Positions 49,545-62,879 of a stretch of DNA of 64,000 bases are shown in pieces; positions within the stretch are counted from its first letter, which is position 1; each line of letters opens with the position of its first letter. Where the stretch lies: assembly GCA_001662655.1 (NCBI GenBank), contig KV460227.1. One strand, written 5' to 3'. Below the pieces are notes generated by a model. That model saw only the letters and a program-made list of their open reading frames with translations. It was not told the DNA's origin and searched no databases. The DNA comes from Pseudogymnoascus verrucosus (Eukaryota). The position numbers and the translations under genes are program-made.

Positions 49545-50919
49545 TCATACATTAAACCACATTTGGACCACGCGTACTGGTAACTGATACCACACATCGA
49601 AGTAGAATCTCCAGGGGCTCAGAGTAACATGCACCGCCTTGCAGTCCCAGTCGATAGCAACACTTGTTTCGCGACCACGCTGGACTGCGTTTATAGCGAA
49701 ATAAGCTGTGAAAACCATGAGTGCGATACCGAGAAAGGAAAGGCCACAAATAGAGAGCTGGTAGCCAACATCTTTCTTGCGTGCTAGCTCTCTGTATTCT
49801 TTGAGGCTCCCCGGGCCACAAACAGGCAGCCCCAACCATATGAAGAGATAAACCATGATTCTGAGGAGAAATACTGCACTGAGACAGATGAAAATAATGT
49901 AGATACCAGGCTCAGGGTTTTTATTTTGGTCGCTGGAGAGTCCCATAGAGTGAGAATGGAAGAGCAAGTCCCGGGAACAAATCTGGCTTGCTGAGCATGT
50001 CGAGGTCCCAGGCGCAGTCGGAATCTGAGATGCGAGGCAATCGTACGTGGGATAGTCGGAGGTTGCATACTGGGTCCTTTGCAATACGTATGCTGATACC
50101 ACCCACTGAACGAACGAAAACGTGTTTAATGCCCATTTAATAACCTGCGCTACTGTCGGAATGTTGTGGAGGACGCAACTGTAAGGTTGAAAGTCGATTA
50201 AGTAACCATACTTCCAAAGAGATACCCATATGAAAATCCCAGGCATGCGAAATTGTGTCGGCTCATGGAGGTATCGCACAAAATTGATCCACCACCATAT
50301 AATCGCGGCCAGATCCCAGGCCAGAATAATCCAAAGATCCCATTCGATTTTCCTGCACCGTTCTCTTCTGTCACGATTCTGCAGTTTCTTGAATTGCCCA
50401 CATTGCCATAAGGAAGATCATCGCACACCCAGTAGATGTTGTAATGCCTCTCATAAAAAACGCCGTGGGACGTAGTGACGATGGGACGACCTTGAATTCG
50501 TTGAAACAACTCACTACATCGCACCAATTGTAACGATTTTCTGGCAAGCTGCTGCTAAGTATTTCGGTAGACGTCAAGTAGGTAATATTTTGCGCGTGAT
50601 AGTAATCATCCAAAGGATATCTCATCATAGACTTAATGGCAGTGCAGTTGTTGGCGACAGGTGGATGATTGTCCTAACAGTCTTTGAACCTAGAGTTCTT
50701 GTACAGCGCGTATTCGGGGCTGTCTTGGTGGAAGCCGCTGTTGTCTGTTGTAACGGCGAACATGACTATAATAGCAACTGTGATTCCAATCAAAGAAGCT
50801 AAAGCCATAATCCCAACCCATAGAATGCATGTTATTATGCGTCGAGTCGTCTTGCCGTTTTCATTCCCGATGGGTGGATATTTGCAATCATTGACTTCTT
50901 GATGATTAGCTTATGGCAT
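49545..50919 (-). pseudogene. Disrupted multi-pass membrane protein gene
   Basis: Hydrophobic segments run from ATG 50919 to stop 49545 but are interrupted by TAA at codon 3, TAG at 50674-50676 and a frameshift near 50390-50400. Confidence 0.6.
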
Positions 50920-52239
50920 GTCGAGATGTAAGTGAGAAATGAAGGGTATGCTGGTGAGTATATATACTCCACTTTAATGCACGAGGGCCCCATTCTGATA
51001 TTTTGCACCTGGCCCCTCTGAAGAAGCATAAGGTAGAGACCACTGCACCCTTCCGCATCTCCAAGCTTTGACATGATGTCACCAAGTAAATGATACAGTG
51101 AGTGTACTTAGTATTTGCCTACCTGGAGGTATTGTTGGTGTATGCATATGCTACCGTTTAAATATTTACATGGCGAGGGGCAGGAGCAAACACAGGTAAA
51201 AATTCATACAGTCAATACTTATACACAATGTATCAGGCTGTACCAGTATACTGCCATGTGTTAAACTCCCCTGTCTTACACGGCGGCAAACGCTTTGTGT
51301 GACTCGTTAGCCTTGTCCTCCTCCTCGGCCCTGACCCGACCGCCCGGCCCATGGTAAGGCCATCACTCTCACCACTGGTCTGGGACCTCCCCCGGCGTGT
51401 AGACTTAGCACCTTCGTATATGCAGGCGCACTCGCTCTATCGTCATTCCGCTGCAAATTATAGGGAATATATACCAACATATACGCAGTATCTTGGGACC
51501 AAATCAATGCGCGGCGCGCTGCCTGCGAGCCTTGTTGATCTTAACCGCAGGGGGTCGAGCTTTAGTTGGGAACATGACCAAGATTGCAGTAAGCCCGATC
51601 GACTGACTGGCTAGAATTATGCGACCGAGTTTCTTGTCAACTGGTGATTGCTCAGTACGCCAGAGATTGCGAGACCAACATGGTGACTCTTCTTTCTTTT
51701 GTGGCGAAGCGACTTTATATCCTTGGCAGCGGGTATCAGTGCCGCGTCGGGCCGAGCCTTGTGGGTCGCGCTTGTACGGGGGTTTCCTCCTGCGAAACCC
51801 AATGACTTCTGAGATTATCAAGGATGCCTCACGAGCATAACGTTCTCAATTACGTGAGGTGTAGACTTAAAGCGGGTTCGGCTATAGCCATTCTTCGAAC
51901 CCCTCGATAGTTGGGCAAAATCAGAGAATGTTGGGCTTTTAGCATGAAGGGTCCCTTGTTCCATGAACGCAGAGGGTGGCACTCGGCTAAGGCCAGGATA
52001 TTAAAAGTCCAAAAAGGCATACTATATTGAATTAAACACGAAGCTCCTATCTATGAACTAACCATCTACTTATATAGTGGCGTCGTGCCTAATGATCTTA
52101 GATCTCCCTAGGATCAGGATCACATGTTCCTAGTTCCTGCATCCTCCTCTCAGCTAACGAGTGTAGTTTCTCATATGTGGCTCCTCAGCCAATCCCTCGC
52201 CTGACGTTAGTGGTGGGGTGAACCGTAACAATTGGCCTC

Positions 52240-54232
52240 TTAGGCTTCAACATGCGCCACGCTCTCTCTTCTGGTGTCGTCCTCCTCCTTCCCTCCAAAA
52301 TGGATTTGCTTCTCCACAGCCTCAACGGCCTGGTCAGCAAGCGCTTTGTCTTCAAACACTGTGCACACAAGTCAGTAATCAATCCACTTTAAACCCTCGC
52401 CAGTCTTGAGTATCAGGGCAAGGAGGTAAGTAGGCTTACAGAAGGCAAGCTCTTCGAGTGTACGTCCCTGGGTCTCAGGATAGAAGAGGTAGACGAATAT
52501 AAGCTCAAAGCAGATCCAGCCGCAGTAGATTGCAAGGAACTTCCAAGAAATTGCATCTAGGGCTATTGGGTTAACATTGCTAGAGAAGAAGCCGCCGAGT
52601 TTTCCAAAGAGCTGCTCGACTCCGATGCCACGGCTGCGTTCAGCGTAGGGAAAGAGCTCGACAAGGTAAGCTGCTGGGTGTTAGCAGGGTGTTTTGTTTG
52701 AGGCTTAATAATAAGGTAAAGGCTTACTGTATGTAAGTGCGTTATTGCCAATGTTGTAACAGGGCTGGTATGAAAAGTAGAAAACTAGGGCGGCAATCCC
52801 AGCTGCTCCATTCTTAACACCCGCAGCCTTTGCTTCGCCTAACTTTTCGAAACAAACAGTTATTGCTATAAATACGGTACACATAAGCCCCGCAGAAAGC
52901 ATGAACATATAGCGACGCTTGAATCTCGTGATGATCAAGGCAGTGATGGTAGCTGTGAGGAGACTCCAGCAGTTGTTGGCGAGGTTGATTCTAGTCTTCG
53001 CAAAAGTGGACGTATACCCCATCATGCCGAAGAGGAGGCTAGAATAGTATGAGAGCAGTGTGTTGCCGGACATCTGTGTGAACAGACCCATCATCGACGC
53101 GATGAGGACTCGACGACGCATGCCGGGTGTTCTAATCATGTCCCTCCAGGATTGCTTTGAGTGGTCCAGCTCGATTGCGATAGTCGACTTGATTTGAGCC
53201 ATTTCCGCACGGGCGAGTATAGAGTCCGCGTCTCCCTCAGCGTGGTATTTGACCAAGATAGCAAAGGCTTCGTCGTCGCGGTCCTTACTGATCAGCCAAC
53301 GAGGGCTTTCTGGTAGGAAGCTATCTACTAGTCAGTCTATACTCGATATCTTGACGGAAAGCATTCGCAAAACGTACTAGATGAGCGAAATCTGTATTAC
53401 GGACGGGCATATCTGGAGGATAGAAGGCACCCGCCAACTCCAGTCATTTGGGATATCGACAGTTCTAAGCGTGATGGCGGATGCGACGATGGAGCCGATA
53501 AAGTAGGACGAATTAAACAGAGAAGTTAAAATGGATCGCTCTTTAGGGTGACCAAGCTCGCCAATTAAGGCCGATCCAGCAATGATACACAAAACAATGC
53601 CAAATCCGAGAATCATACGAGCAACGATGTACATAGCCACTATAGAGATATTAAAACTCTGGAAAGAATTACTGTGACAGCCCACGTACCGTGTTGAGCG
53701 AAGCATTGTAGAAGCGCTCCAGCGCACATAATAAGAGATCCTGCCATAATTGACCATCGTCGACCAAATCGCTGGTTAAAGTACGGTGCAACTGGGACAC
53801 CGAAAACTGAGCCAAGCTGGTAGCAAGATGAGATGAAGCCTAACATTGATGGCTTAATCGCTAGTTCCCCATCCTTGTTTGTATAGCCATCGCCAAAGTC
53901 TTAAATTTATTAGCCCCTATTCACAGTTTACGCACGCTGTCTGGGTAGGTGAGGGATAATAGGTTGTCACAAACACTTGAGGAATGCTGGCGAAATTTGC
54001 TATAAGAGAGAGTGAGCGTTGAGTTTGATGGGCAAAGGCATAAGTTACCAACCAGCGTATTAATCAATTGAGAGTCAAAACCGCTAGTTATCTCTATTCC
54101 CATGCAGCAGCAGAAGAGAAAGAAGTACATCGTTCTCAGGTTTGGCTTCTTATACCAGGGCACCTTGTCCTCTGCTGCTAGGTGGGTGACGATGGGGTCG
54201 GATGTCCCATCGCTAACAGAAATGATACCCAT
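52240..54232 (-). CDS. MFS sugar porter, lactose permease/cellodextrin transporter (Lac12/CDT-like) clade
   Basis: PWYKKPNLR, TSGFDSQLIN, RFGRR, ELGHPKER, WSWRVPSILQ, PESPRWL, LVKYHAEGD, FTQMSGN, YLVELFPYAERSRG, YPETQGRTLEELAF. Confidence 0.9.
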
Positions 54233-54653
54233 TGCGGCGATAGGTTAGCAAGAGCTAGTTTCTGCGGAGGGACGTAGCGTTCTCTAGTGAAATAGTAGTA
54301 CGCTTGGCCGTTTGAGAGGTTCCATACTGTGTGGGTCGCGGACATCTTTATACGTCGGAATAGCAAATGGTTGATGGCGCTGTTAGACTGCGGAGAGAAG
54401 GAGCTCTCGGAGAAAAATACGGAATTATAGATTACGGAATTATAGATTCCCCAACCTGTAATGATTTCCCCGCGTTGCTCTTTGCAGGGGTGGATGGCAT
54501 TCCTACGATGATCTCCTGAACTTAACTGGCTGCAGAATTTAACCGCTGTTCGTGTTAATAAACGGTAACGAACTACCAAATGAAAGTGAGCCACTAAGCT
54601 AGGATGTCAGGACTGAGGAACAGTCAGATCGGCCCTACTTTTCGGAAAGGCTC

Positions 54654-55108
54654 CTCGAACACCTTGAGGACAACTTCTACAGGGAAGGCCTGGCGAATTC
54701 ACAGCAGCAGTTCGCTAATGCTGGCTACGATGCAACCTTCTATGCTAACGTCTAGAGGCTCTCTAATGATGAGGCAACCCACGTCAAGTTCTCAACTTCG
54801 ACCTTGGGGGGTTAGTTTGTCCCTGAAATTCTTCATAGAGTTTTCGACTGACTGTTCCATAGCCTGCTGGCGCCGCTCTCGTTGCAGAGTGTACGTATGC
54901 CTTCGGCGTCACTAACGTCAACATGTTCGTGGCTACCGCTTCAATATTAGAAGGCGTTGGACTCTCCGCCTACTTCGGTGTAGCTGCCGGCATCATAAGT
55001 AAAGATTATCTCACGGACTCTGGCTCCATTCTCGCGGTCGAGGCTCGTCACCCCTCGTATCTCCGTTCCGCTCTTAAAGAGGCCCTATTTGCCCAACCAT
55101 TCGATACT
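54654..55108 (+). pseudogene. Rds1-like ferritin-like domain gene fragment
   Basis: LEHLEDNFYREGL..FYANV*RLSNDEATHVKF / ECTYAFG..FVATASILEGVGLSAY..GSILAVEARH..AQPFDT. Premature TAG; lacks 5' signal region and 3' end. Confidence 0.75.
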
Positions 55109-55361
55109 AGGCCTGTATTACGTGACTTGCCCTTTTGTCTCATATATGGCAGATCATGGAAAATAAGAGCATTAATCTACTGGATTACAAGCTTTTGTAT
55201 GGCAGATCGGACGGGATGCCCAATCTCTTGGATATATGGTCGTATGTGGGAGATGCAGGCATATCCATGATTTTAAGGTGGGTTGGGCTTGTCTAGGATA
55301 GGGATAACAAGCTGTGACTTTCAAATAAGAAATACTATCTAAACTACTACATAATTTACCC

Positions 55362-56783
55362 CTATCCCTCTCGTGCCTCTCTTAGGTTAGACGCATACAG
55401 CGCCTCCTCCACCCTTCTCCACCCATCTAGCACTCGCACATCTCCAGTCGGCATAAGTTGCGTACCCCACACCATCCCCACCCCTTTCTCCCTATCCACC
55501 ATCCAAAGCATATTCGGCAAGCCGCCCCAGTTCAAGCTCCCCTTATTCCTGCGCTTCCCCTCTCCGCCATTCACACCACCATACACATCTTCCCTACACA
55601 CTGTCCCCCCTAACGCTTGCGTGGTCCTCGCGCCACGCGGCAAACCGGACGAAAAAACAGGTGCCCCGCCGTTATCATAGAGCGTGCTTTCAAAGGTCTG
55701 TTGCACTTCCGGACCCAGTTGCGGCTCGAAGAGTAATTCCATCGTCGCCGGCTTGAGGAGCGCGCCGTCGTTCCGCAGGATCGCGCAGAGCACCTTGGCG
55801 TACTCGCCGGGCGTGATGTACAACCCTGCGCCCCCGGAGTCGAAGGTGCGGTCTTTCCACCAATTTTCAAGAGCCGACGGTACTACCTTTCCGTCTACGT
55901 CGCGCGTTGACATGTCCATAATCTGATCCTGCATGTCTGGGCTGGAGGCGAGGTGGAAGGTCGCCTGGGTGATGCCGAGGGGACCAAAGATGTGTTCCTT
56001 CATGTACGCGCCGAGCGAGGGAGCGCCGCTGATGCGCTCGACAAGGCGTGAGAGTAACTCGAAGTTCGCGCCGTAGATCCAGGAGGTGCCTGGCTGCGCC
56101 ATTAGGGGTTGGATTTGAGATTCCTGCTAGTGTTAGATTTTCTCTCGCGGTCTTGTGCCCCAGGGCTCGGGGAGGAGAGTTACCCAAGAGAGGTTATCAG
56201 GGACGACCTCGCCAGCTGCGGATTTGAGATTGCGTAGCTTTGTGATGTAAGGGTGCACGATGTCATACCCCACGCCGCTCTGGTGGGACATCATCATCCT
56301 CACGGTGATCTCCTTTTCTGGCTTAGTGAACTCCAGGGCACTGGCGGCGTTGAAGCCGGTGAAGACGGAGGGGTCGGATAACTCGGGGAGGAGAGAGGCA
56401 ACGGGAGCGTCAAGGGAGAGGAGTCCGCACTCTATGAGCTGCAGGAGGGAGATGGAGGTGAGGAGCTTAGTGCAGGACGCTACCCACATGACGGTGTCTG
56501 AGGAGATGGGTCTGGAGACGAGAGGGGAGGTGGGACTTTCGGATTGAGTGCCCACGGATTTAGTGTAGATGATTCCTTGTGTTGATTAGCTATTGAATCT
56601 TTATGGTTTCGATTGGTATAACAACGGGGGCATTTTAGGGGTTGACGAGGAGAAGGGGCGAGAGGACATACCATCTTGATCAACAACAATGACAACAGAA
56701 CTCGGGATCTCACGCTCAGGACCTGGCGATGCGGCTTTCTCAAACCACTCCTCGAAAGCAGACATGGACGTTTGGGAAGCCAT
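55362..56783 (-). CDS. Beta-lactamase-fold serine hydrolase / LovD-like acyltransferase-esterase
   Basis: WVASCTKLL (SxxK), ITVRMMMSHQSG, QPGTSWIYG, SGGAGL, WGGLPNMLWMVD; two introns. Confidence 0.88.
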
Positions 56784-57859
56784 TGTTATCAGAATTGTAT
56801 CCACACATATCGCCATTTCCTCTCATCTTATACCGTTTTCCTCACACCCTGACTCTCCCTCCCCACACCATCTCCTCGCCGAGGGAGTCATGTCAGCATT
56901 CCTCCTCCCTTGAAACCTTCCTGCATACATACATGCATTCCTACAATCACAATCGCAATGGCGTGGATAATTAATTGGTCGCCAAACCCCGTGCCCACGC
57001 GTATGGATCGTGAATTGCGACCATGCATGGCCTTACGCGCGTACGGTATTTACGCGACTTTGTGCCGCGGCACGACGACCACCAAGGAATGCGAGGTTGG
57101 TCAGCGCGAAGGAATGAGGTTTAGGCAGCAGCTGTGGGTTTAGTAGGGATTCCCATTTTAATGAGACACTTGGAGATAAGAGGTTTGTAATGATGCATGA
57201 TAGATTTATTCTACATGCTGGAAGGAGCAATCTAAATGCGCTGTGGGAAAGAGCGCCAACTCCTTGTGGGTGGCAGGAGCGATACAACAACTTACTATAA
57301 AATGGCAACCACACTAGATATAAAGTCAATATAAATAGGCAGGCGCGACCAAACGGTTATATAAGGCAGGAACAACTGGGATTTATTGTAAATTGGCAGG
57401 AACGGCCGGCTTATGGGAAGTTGGCAGTTGCGATGATAAGCATAACAAATGGGCAATGACGACTAGCTTCACGCATAGAATAGGACATATCTAGTGCAGG
57501 GACTAGTAAGGATAAACGGAGTAGACGTCACTGATGCCTAGATAAAGGGATTGAACCAAAACAGCTTTTCACTCAGCGTCTCAGAACAGTCTATACGTCC
57601 CCCATATCATCACCAATCCTCCAGTATCTTTAAACGTGCCGTTCAAATTCAGCCAAGACAATATAGAAGGATACAGCCGGCCATGTTCACAATTATACCA
57701 TCAGATTTTGCAGAATAGTGATATTCAAATTTCTATGGGTTAAGAATTGTAAGTGGCCCAATATATCCCACGTCTTGCTCCAAGCACTCCTCCACCTGCT
57801 TCAACGTCTTGCCATATTGCGTGGGCCAAGTTCACCGTCACGCCTGCTGATTTCCTCAT

Positions 57860-58346
57860 CTATGGGCAAGCGCCAGTTCCACCATTGCCCAAGCAGTCAT
57901 GAGTAGCCCAGTTGACAGTGAGCATTCCGTTACGAATATCATTGCTCCCTGGGAATCCGTAAGGCACGCTGCCGCATCGTTTGCAGCCATGGTCGGCAAG
58001 GGCGTGGATGTAAGACTTGGTTTCACGTCCAGTGTTACCGTTGCTTCCCTGCCAGAAAACGCAAAGGGCGCCGGAGAAGAAGTCCGCCCATTCGCAGGCA
58101 ATTTGTTCGCCGTCTTTGTACCAGCGGTTGTCGTCGATGCCATTGACGATGTCAACGAGAGTGCTCAGGCTGAGTCCGTTGTCTGGGGCGGTGTCGCAGT
58201 TGGAGGAGCCGCTGGTGGTGAAGGGTTAGTATAGGGGTTAGAAATATTGTGGTGGGTGAGCATGATACTTACTGGCAGTTGATGCCCTCGGCGGCAATGG
58301 TGCTAGCCAGCATGGCCACAGGGAGAAGGAAGTTCTTGATTTGCAT
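57860..58346 (-). CDS. Secreted KP4 killer-toxin-like protein (141 aa after splicing)
   Basis: Exon 58346-58273 plus exon 58211-57860 (61-nt GT-AG intron) give MQIKNFLLPVAMLASTIAAEGINCHGSSNC...IDDNRWYKDGEQIAC..ALCVF..HGCKRCGSVP..GMLTVN..CP*. Confidence 0.88.
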
Positions 58347-60869
58347 ATTTGCTACTGGTGTTCTTGACGAGACTGATTTACTCGGGGCGAGCTTTGTGTT
58401 GGAATGAGAGCGAGGTAGGGGAAGAGGCGAAGATGTTGAGGGTGATACTTCAAAGGAGCAGAATATCGAGACTCAACGGGGTATTTATATTTCTTCTTGA
58501 GAGCCTCGACAGTATTTTGTTGAGATCACCAAGCACGTTCTCACAACTGTGCCTTAACTGAGAATACAGTAAGACGGATCTTTCGGCACGAAATGGTGAC
58601 CATTGAGCTTTGGAAATCCTTGGCACTTGCTTAATTGAGCTCTTTGGTAACCTGCCCTGCAGCTCAGCTGCGTGAACTTATGTCAAACGTGGGGAGGGTT
58701 CGTATAGGTCCCTCCATGTAGGCGTATAGCAGGGAATTGGAGGTTCTTTGCCAAGGGCTAGCAAAAACAAGGAAATTCAAGCTATGGATTGTGGAGCATA
58801 GTTGGCCTTCAGTGATAAGATTTTGGCCGCCCCTATAATTATGCGTATTTAAGATCAGCTAAAACTAGCACTGTGCTACCCCTGTTGCCACCAGCGCTGC
58901 ACCATGGCGGCTTCTGCCGATTAAAGTTGCTGCTGTCTCTCTCCGAGCCGGCGGATGAAATGCGGTAACAGAATGGGATTCAGTATCATGTTTTTGTTTG
59001 TCGGAGGCAAGACTGTCTAGATTCTGATTACTCTCAAAGAACATCTATCTCATGAACTCAAATAACTGCCGTGCTGAACGGTGATCTGATAATCCGTACG
59101 TAAAAGCTGAACTGACTAGTTTCATGAAAGCGGGCTAGTGATAAACGTAGTTTAGAGCTCTACTATTCCCTGCAATTCTTACAGAGCAAAAACAGCAAAG
59201 ATCTCCATCAGAGCTTAGAAATACAAGAGACGACCTTGCTGGCAGAAACAGGCTGGTGAATGCTATCCCCGAGTCAAACGGGCGCGGTGTTTGGATATCC
59301 GCCGGCGATTGCATGTTCGCCGGCTGCATTGCCGGCATCAGATACCAAGAATAGAAAATCGATAGAATATACATGGTAAGAAATTAAGTAAGACCCCTTG
59401 AGTCAAACGGGTTCCTTACATCCCGCCACCACATCATCAACCCCTCTCATCCCCCATACACCGCACCGTTCTCACATCAAAGCCAACCGCCTGCCGCCTC
59501 ATGTGTCATAGTCGTCCACGGATGTCCTGATTAGGCTAGCTTCGTTCCTGTGCTTACAGCCGCTCCCGCTTGACATATCCCTATTGACCAATCTCTAGTG
59601 CTAATTAGGGTAGGATAAGCACCTTCATAACAGCCTAAAGCTTCTTGATGCGAACCCTGGTGGATATGGTAAGGTAACTGCCGGGGAGGCAAGAGAATAC
59701 GCTTACTATAACCCGCGGAGTCGTGGAATCTACGGAATTAGGTGTTATTTGACAAAATTCAGAGAGAAAGTGTTTGGAGGGGACTGTGTTGAAGCAGTAT
59801 TTTAGGCAGGTGTCGATGCTGCCGTTGACGTTTAACGTTTCCATCAAGCCACACTAACGCCTCCTCCGCACCCTCAACGGCACGAAACCTAATATCCCCC
59901 TTAGCAGCCCCATATATAGTGTCAAGACTTACGTACTCCTCGAGTATATTTCCCGCCTCTACATGCTTGTTTTAAGTAGCGTTGCCAAGGGTGCATTGTT
60001 TATTCTTGGTCGAAGCAATTATGATGATTAGTGAGCGAGTCTGAGCGGCTCACCGTCGGACACCCTGCCTTGCTCTCCCTGATCTCCTTGCTTAGACTTA
60101 GTCACTATTGGTCACTGAGATCATCCAAATCATCCATGGATATCTCAAGGCGCAGTGCGTCGCGTCCATGCCTCTCAATACGAGAGACATATCCTACGTC
60201 GTCGAAGTAGTAGTCATCACGTAACTAAGGGGAAGCAGCCGGATCATCGGGAGGGTATCAAAGACTCGAGGCAGCAACTCTCACCGGATGTTACCGGCTG
60301 AAGATCTCAAGGAAGTGGTTGCTTGGGATCAGTGGGTTGGTAATTGGGTGGGTGAGTGACAGCGGATACCCCACTGTTACATATTTTTCGTTTATATTTC
60401 TACTTAGTTTAGCTTTATGTTCTGGCCTTGGGATGGCTGGGATGATGGGTAGTCCCGGAATTAATCATGCGCCATGTGCGAAGTGTCGGGATTGAGCTTT
60501 ATATCAGACTCCATGAAAGAAGCCTGCTTCATCAGTTCACAGTTAAATGATATACTCGTGTCCAGAATGCTCCCAGGGGAGGGTCTGGGCAAACATTTAC
60601 AGAGGGTCTACCAGAACCAGACCTCAATCTCCAATTACCCCTATCGGATGGACTATTTGCACAAGAAACCCACGAGCAAACTGTGGAGGAGTCATCGATA
60701 GGCAACAAACATTATATTACCTGCGCAGGGCTGGCCATACAGCTCTACTTTTGTCACATACGGTCAAGGGGTTCTAATTTACTGATAGTCCCTGCGCATC
60801 CTCGTGGCACTATCGTTATCCACAAGTGTCAGGCTGCTTTTGCGCGTTCTTCACCTTCTCAGAAATGCA

Positions 60870-60950
60870 TCGGTGGTGAGAGGTTCAGTGGTGAGAAGTG
60901 CGGGCGAGAGAAGTTCGGTGGTGAGAAGTGTGGTGGTGAGAAGCGGCGGT
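60870..60950. repeat. Short tandem repeat, 15-bp unit x5
   Basis: ggtggtgagaggttc/agtggtgagaagtgc/gggcgagagaagttc/ggtggtgagaagtgt/ggtggtgagaagcgg. Confidence 0.7.
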
Positions 60951-61682
60951 AGGAACGTATTAAATGACGGTACGAAAGCGCAGTGACATGCGGTACTGAG
61001 AATATGATGCTGTCATGCATCTTCGGGGATAAACCCCGGCACTGCAGAGGGCGTGGAGGGCGATCACTCTCATGAGCTCGTTCTGGATCCTCGAGGTTGG
61101 TTTTTAGTATACGGAATGTAAAATCCGCAAAGAACTCTCCGTCTGATGTTCCCCGCAATATTTTTTCATCTTGCGTTATAGTATCCGAGTCGAGCCAAAG
61201 GTATCAACAACAAGCCAAACCCTCAAAAGAACACAAGAATCAATTAATAATAATTCATCATAATCTATCTAGGCCCCTTTAACCCCGGCATTACACCGAC
61301 ACCGATACCACCACCATCACTGATACACACGCATTCAGACGTCCACCACCCCGACGTCCAACACGCCCCCGCCCACGTCCGTCCGCTCCATATTCCCATA
61401 CATGCGCCCCCCTTTTAACATCCCCACCGACGCCACATATACGGACAGCCATCTCCTCTCCCCTCTATTCATACCCATACTCATACACCAACCACAGAGA
61501 ACCCACAACGGCAGGAAACCCCCAGGTAAACGCCCCCCTCCAAAATAAAAGCACAAAAGGCCAAAAGAGGGCGTTCCCACAAGCCTCGCCAGGTTCTCCC
61601 GTTCTCATTTTCACTTCAACTCCAGCTTAGTCCTCCCCAACGGCAAACGCAATTGATTCAAAAAAAACCAATTACGCGCCCT

Positions 61683-62879
61683 CTAAGCCTTCCTCGAGCG
61701 GGTGACGCGACCAGGGGTGGCCGCAGCAGCGTTCCCGTTGGCCTTCTTGGCGGGCTGGATCTTGCCCTGGGTGATGGCTGCGATGTCGGGGAGCTCGGCG
61801 TCCTTGAGGGAACGGGCGGCCTTGCGGCCGGTGGGGCGCTTGCCGTCCTTCTTGTATGTGGCGATGTAGAAGGAGATGAAGAGGAGGAGGTAGGAGGAGA
61901 TGATGCCCATTCCGGCGAAGGCGGCGAATTCCTCACCTGCGCATTGGCCGGCGTTTGGCATCCACTTGAAGTAGGTGGAGGTGAAGTAGGTGTAGGATGC
62001 GAAGTAGACGAAGACTGTGGGGGTGGGTTAGTGGGGGTTTGAAGAGGGGAACTGGGGGGTGTTTGAGAGAGCTTACCGAGATCAATAACGAATTGGATGA
62101 TCTGGAGACGGGTGATCCACTCCTTCCACCAGATGCGGATGCCACGGGCGCTCTGGAAGTAGTACCAGTACATAACGACGTGGACCATCAGGTTGAGCGT
62201 GATAGGGACCCAGGAGACGGAGGTGAGGCCGATGAGCTGGGTGTAGCAGAGGAGAGCGGTGGCGCCGTGGTGGTAGCAGTGGAGGAAGGCTGTATGTGGT
62301 TAGTTTTGGCCTGGAAAGAAGAATGAAGTCACGTACTCAATGGCTTCTTCTTCAGGACCAGGAAGACGGTATCGATCAATTCGAGGTACTTGGTGAGGTA
62401 GTTAAGCTGCAATATGTTAGCAATTGCTCCGATTGTACTCCTTTCAGACGACATACATAATACAGGATAACCAGGTGGTTAGTCCATCCACCCTTGACGT
62501 CGCAGATGGCAAAGAAAAGGCCCTTGTTGTACAGAGTTGGGATCAGCTCCTCGGTGAAGAGGGCCAGCAGTATGCCACTGATCGCAGTGAGGTAGAAGTT
62601 GTGGACCATAAAGGGTACATTGAGCTTGAACGCCGGGCGGTTGCGCATCAGCTCGCGGCCGCCGAAAATTACAACGTAGTATGTGAAGATCAGCGCAGCG
62701 GTCTCCTTCATGGTCGACATGGGAGTGACATGGGGCTGGAAGTCGAAGTCCTGCGGGTGGTATCCCTTGATGGCCGTGAAGACCTTGTCGAAGATGGGCC
62801 AGAGGTGGACGCCGAAGGGGCGGTCGATCGTCGGGCGCTGGACGGCCCCGAGGATCTGGTCGATTGGTGAAGCCGACAT
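61683..62879 (-). CDS. Fatty acid elongase, GNS1/SUR4 (Elo2/Fen1-like)
   Basis: [75 protein letters not shown]; three introns. Confidence 0.95.

Noticed and set aside
51874..51902. Small inverted repeat GGGTTCG...CGAACCC
   Set aside because: 7-bp arms only; no MITE or Helitron hallmarks; compatible with chance.
55362..56783. LovD-like gene as marker of a polyketide cluster
   Set aside because: No PKS or tailoring genes nearby in this window.
57856..58234. 99-aa minus and 111-aa plus ORFs in the track
   Set aside because: Wrong-frame and antisense shadows of the spliced KP4-like exon 2.
59600..60400. Coding-like minus-strand fragments with stops
   Set aside because: May be a gene relic but no family recognisable; too degraded to call.
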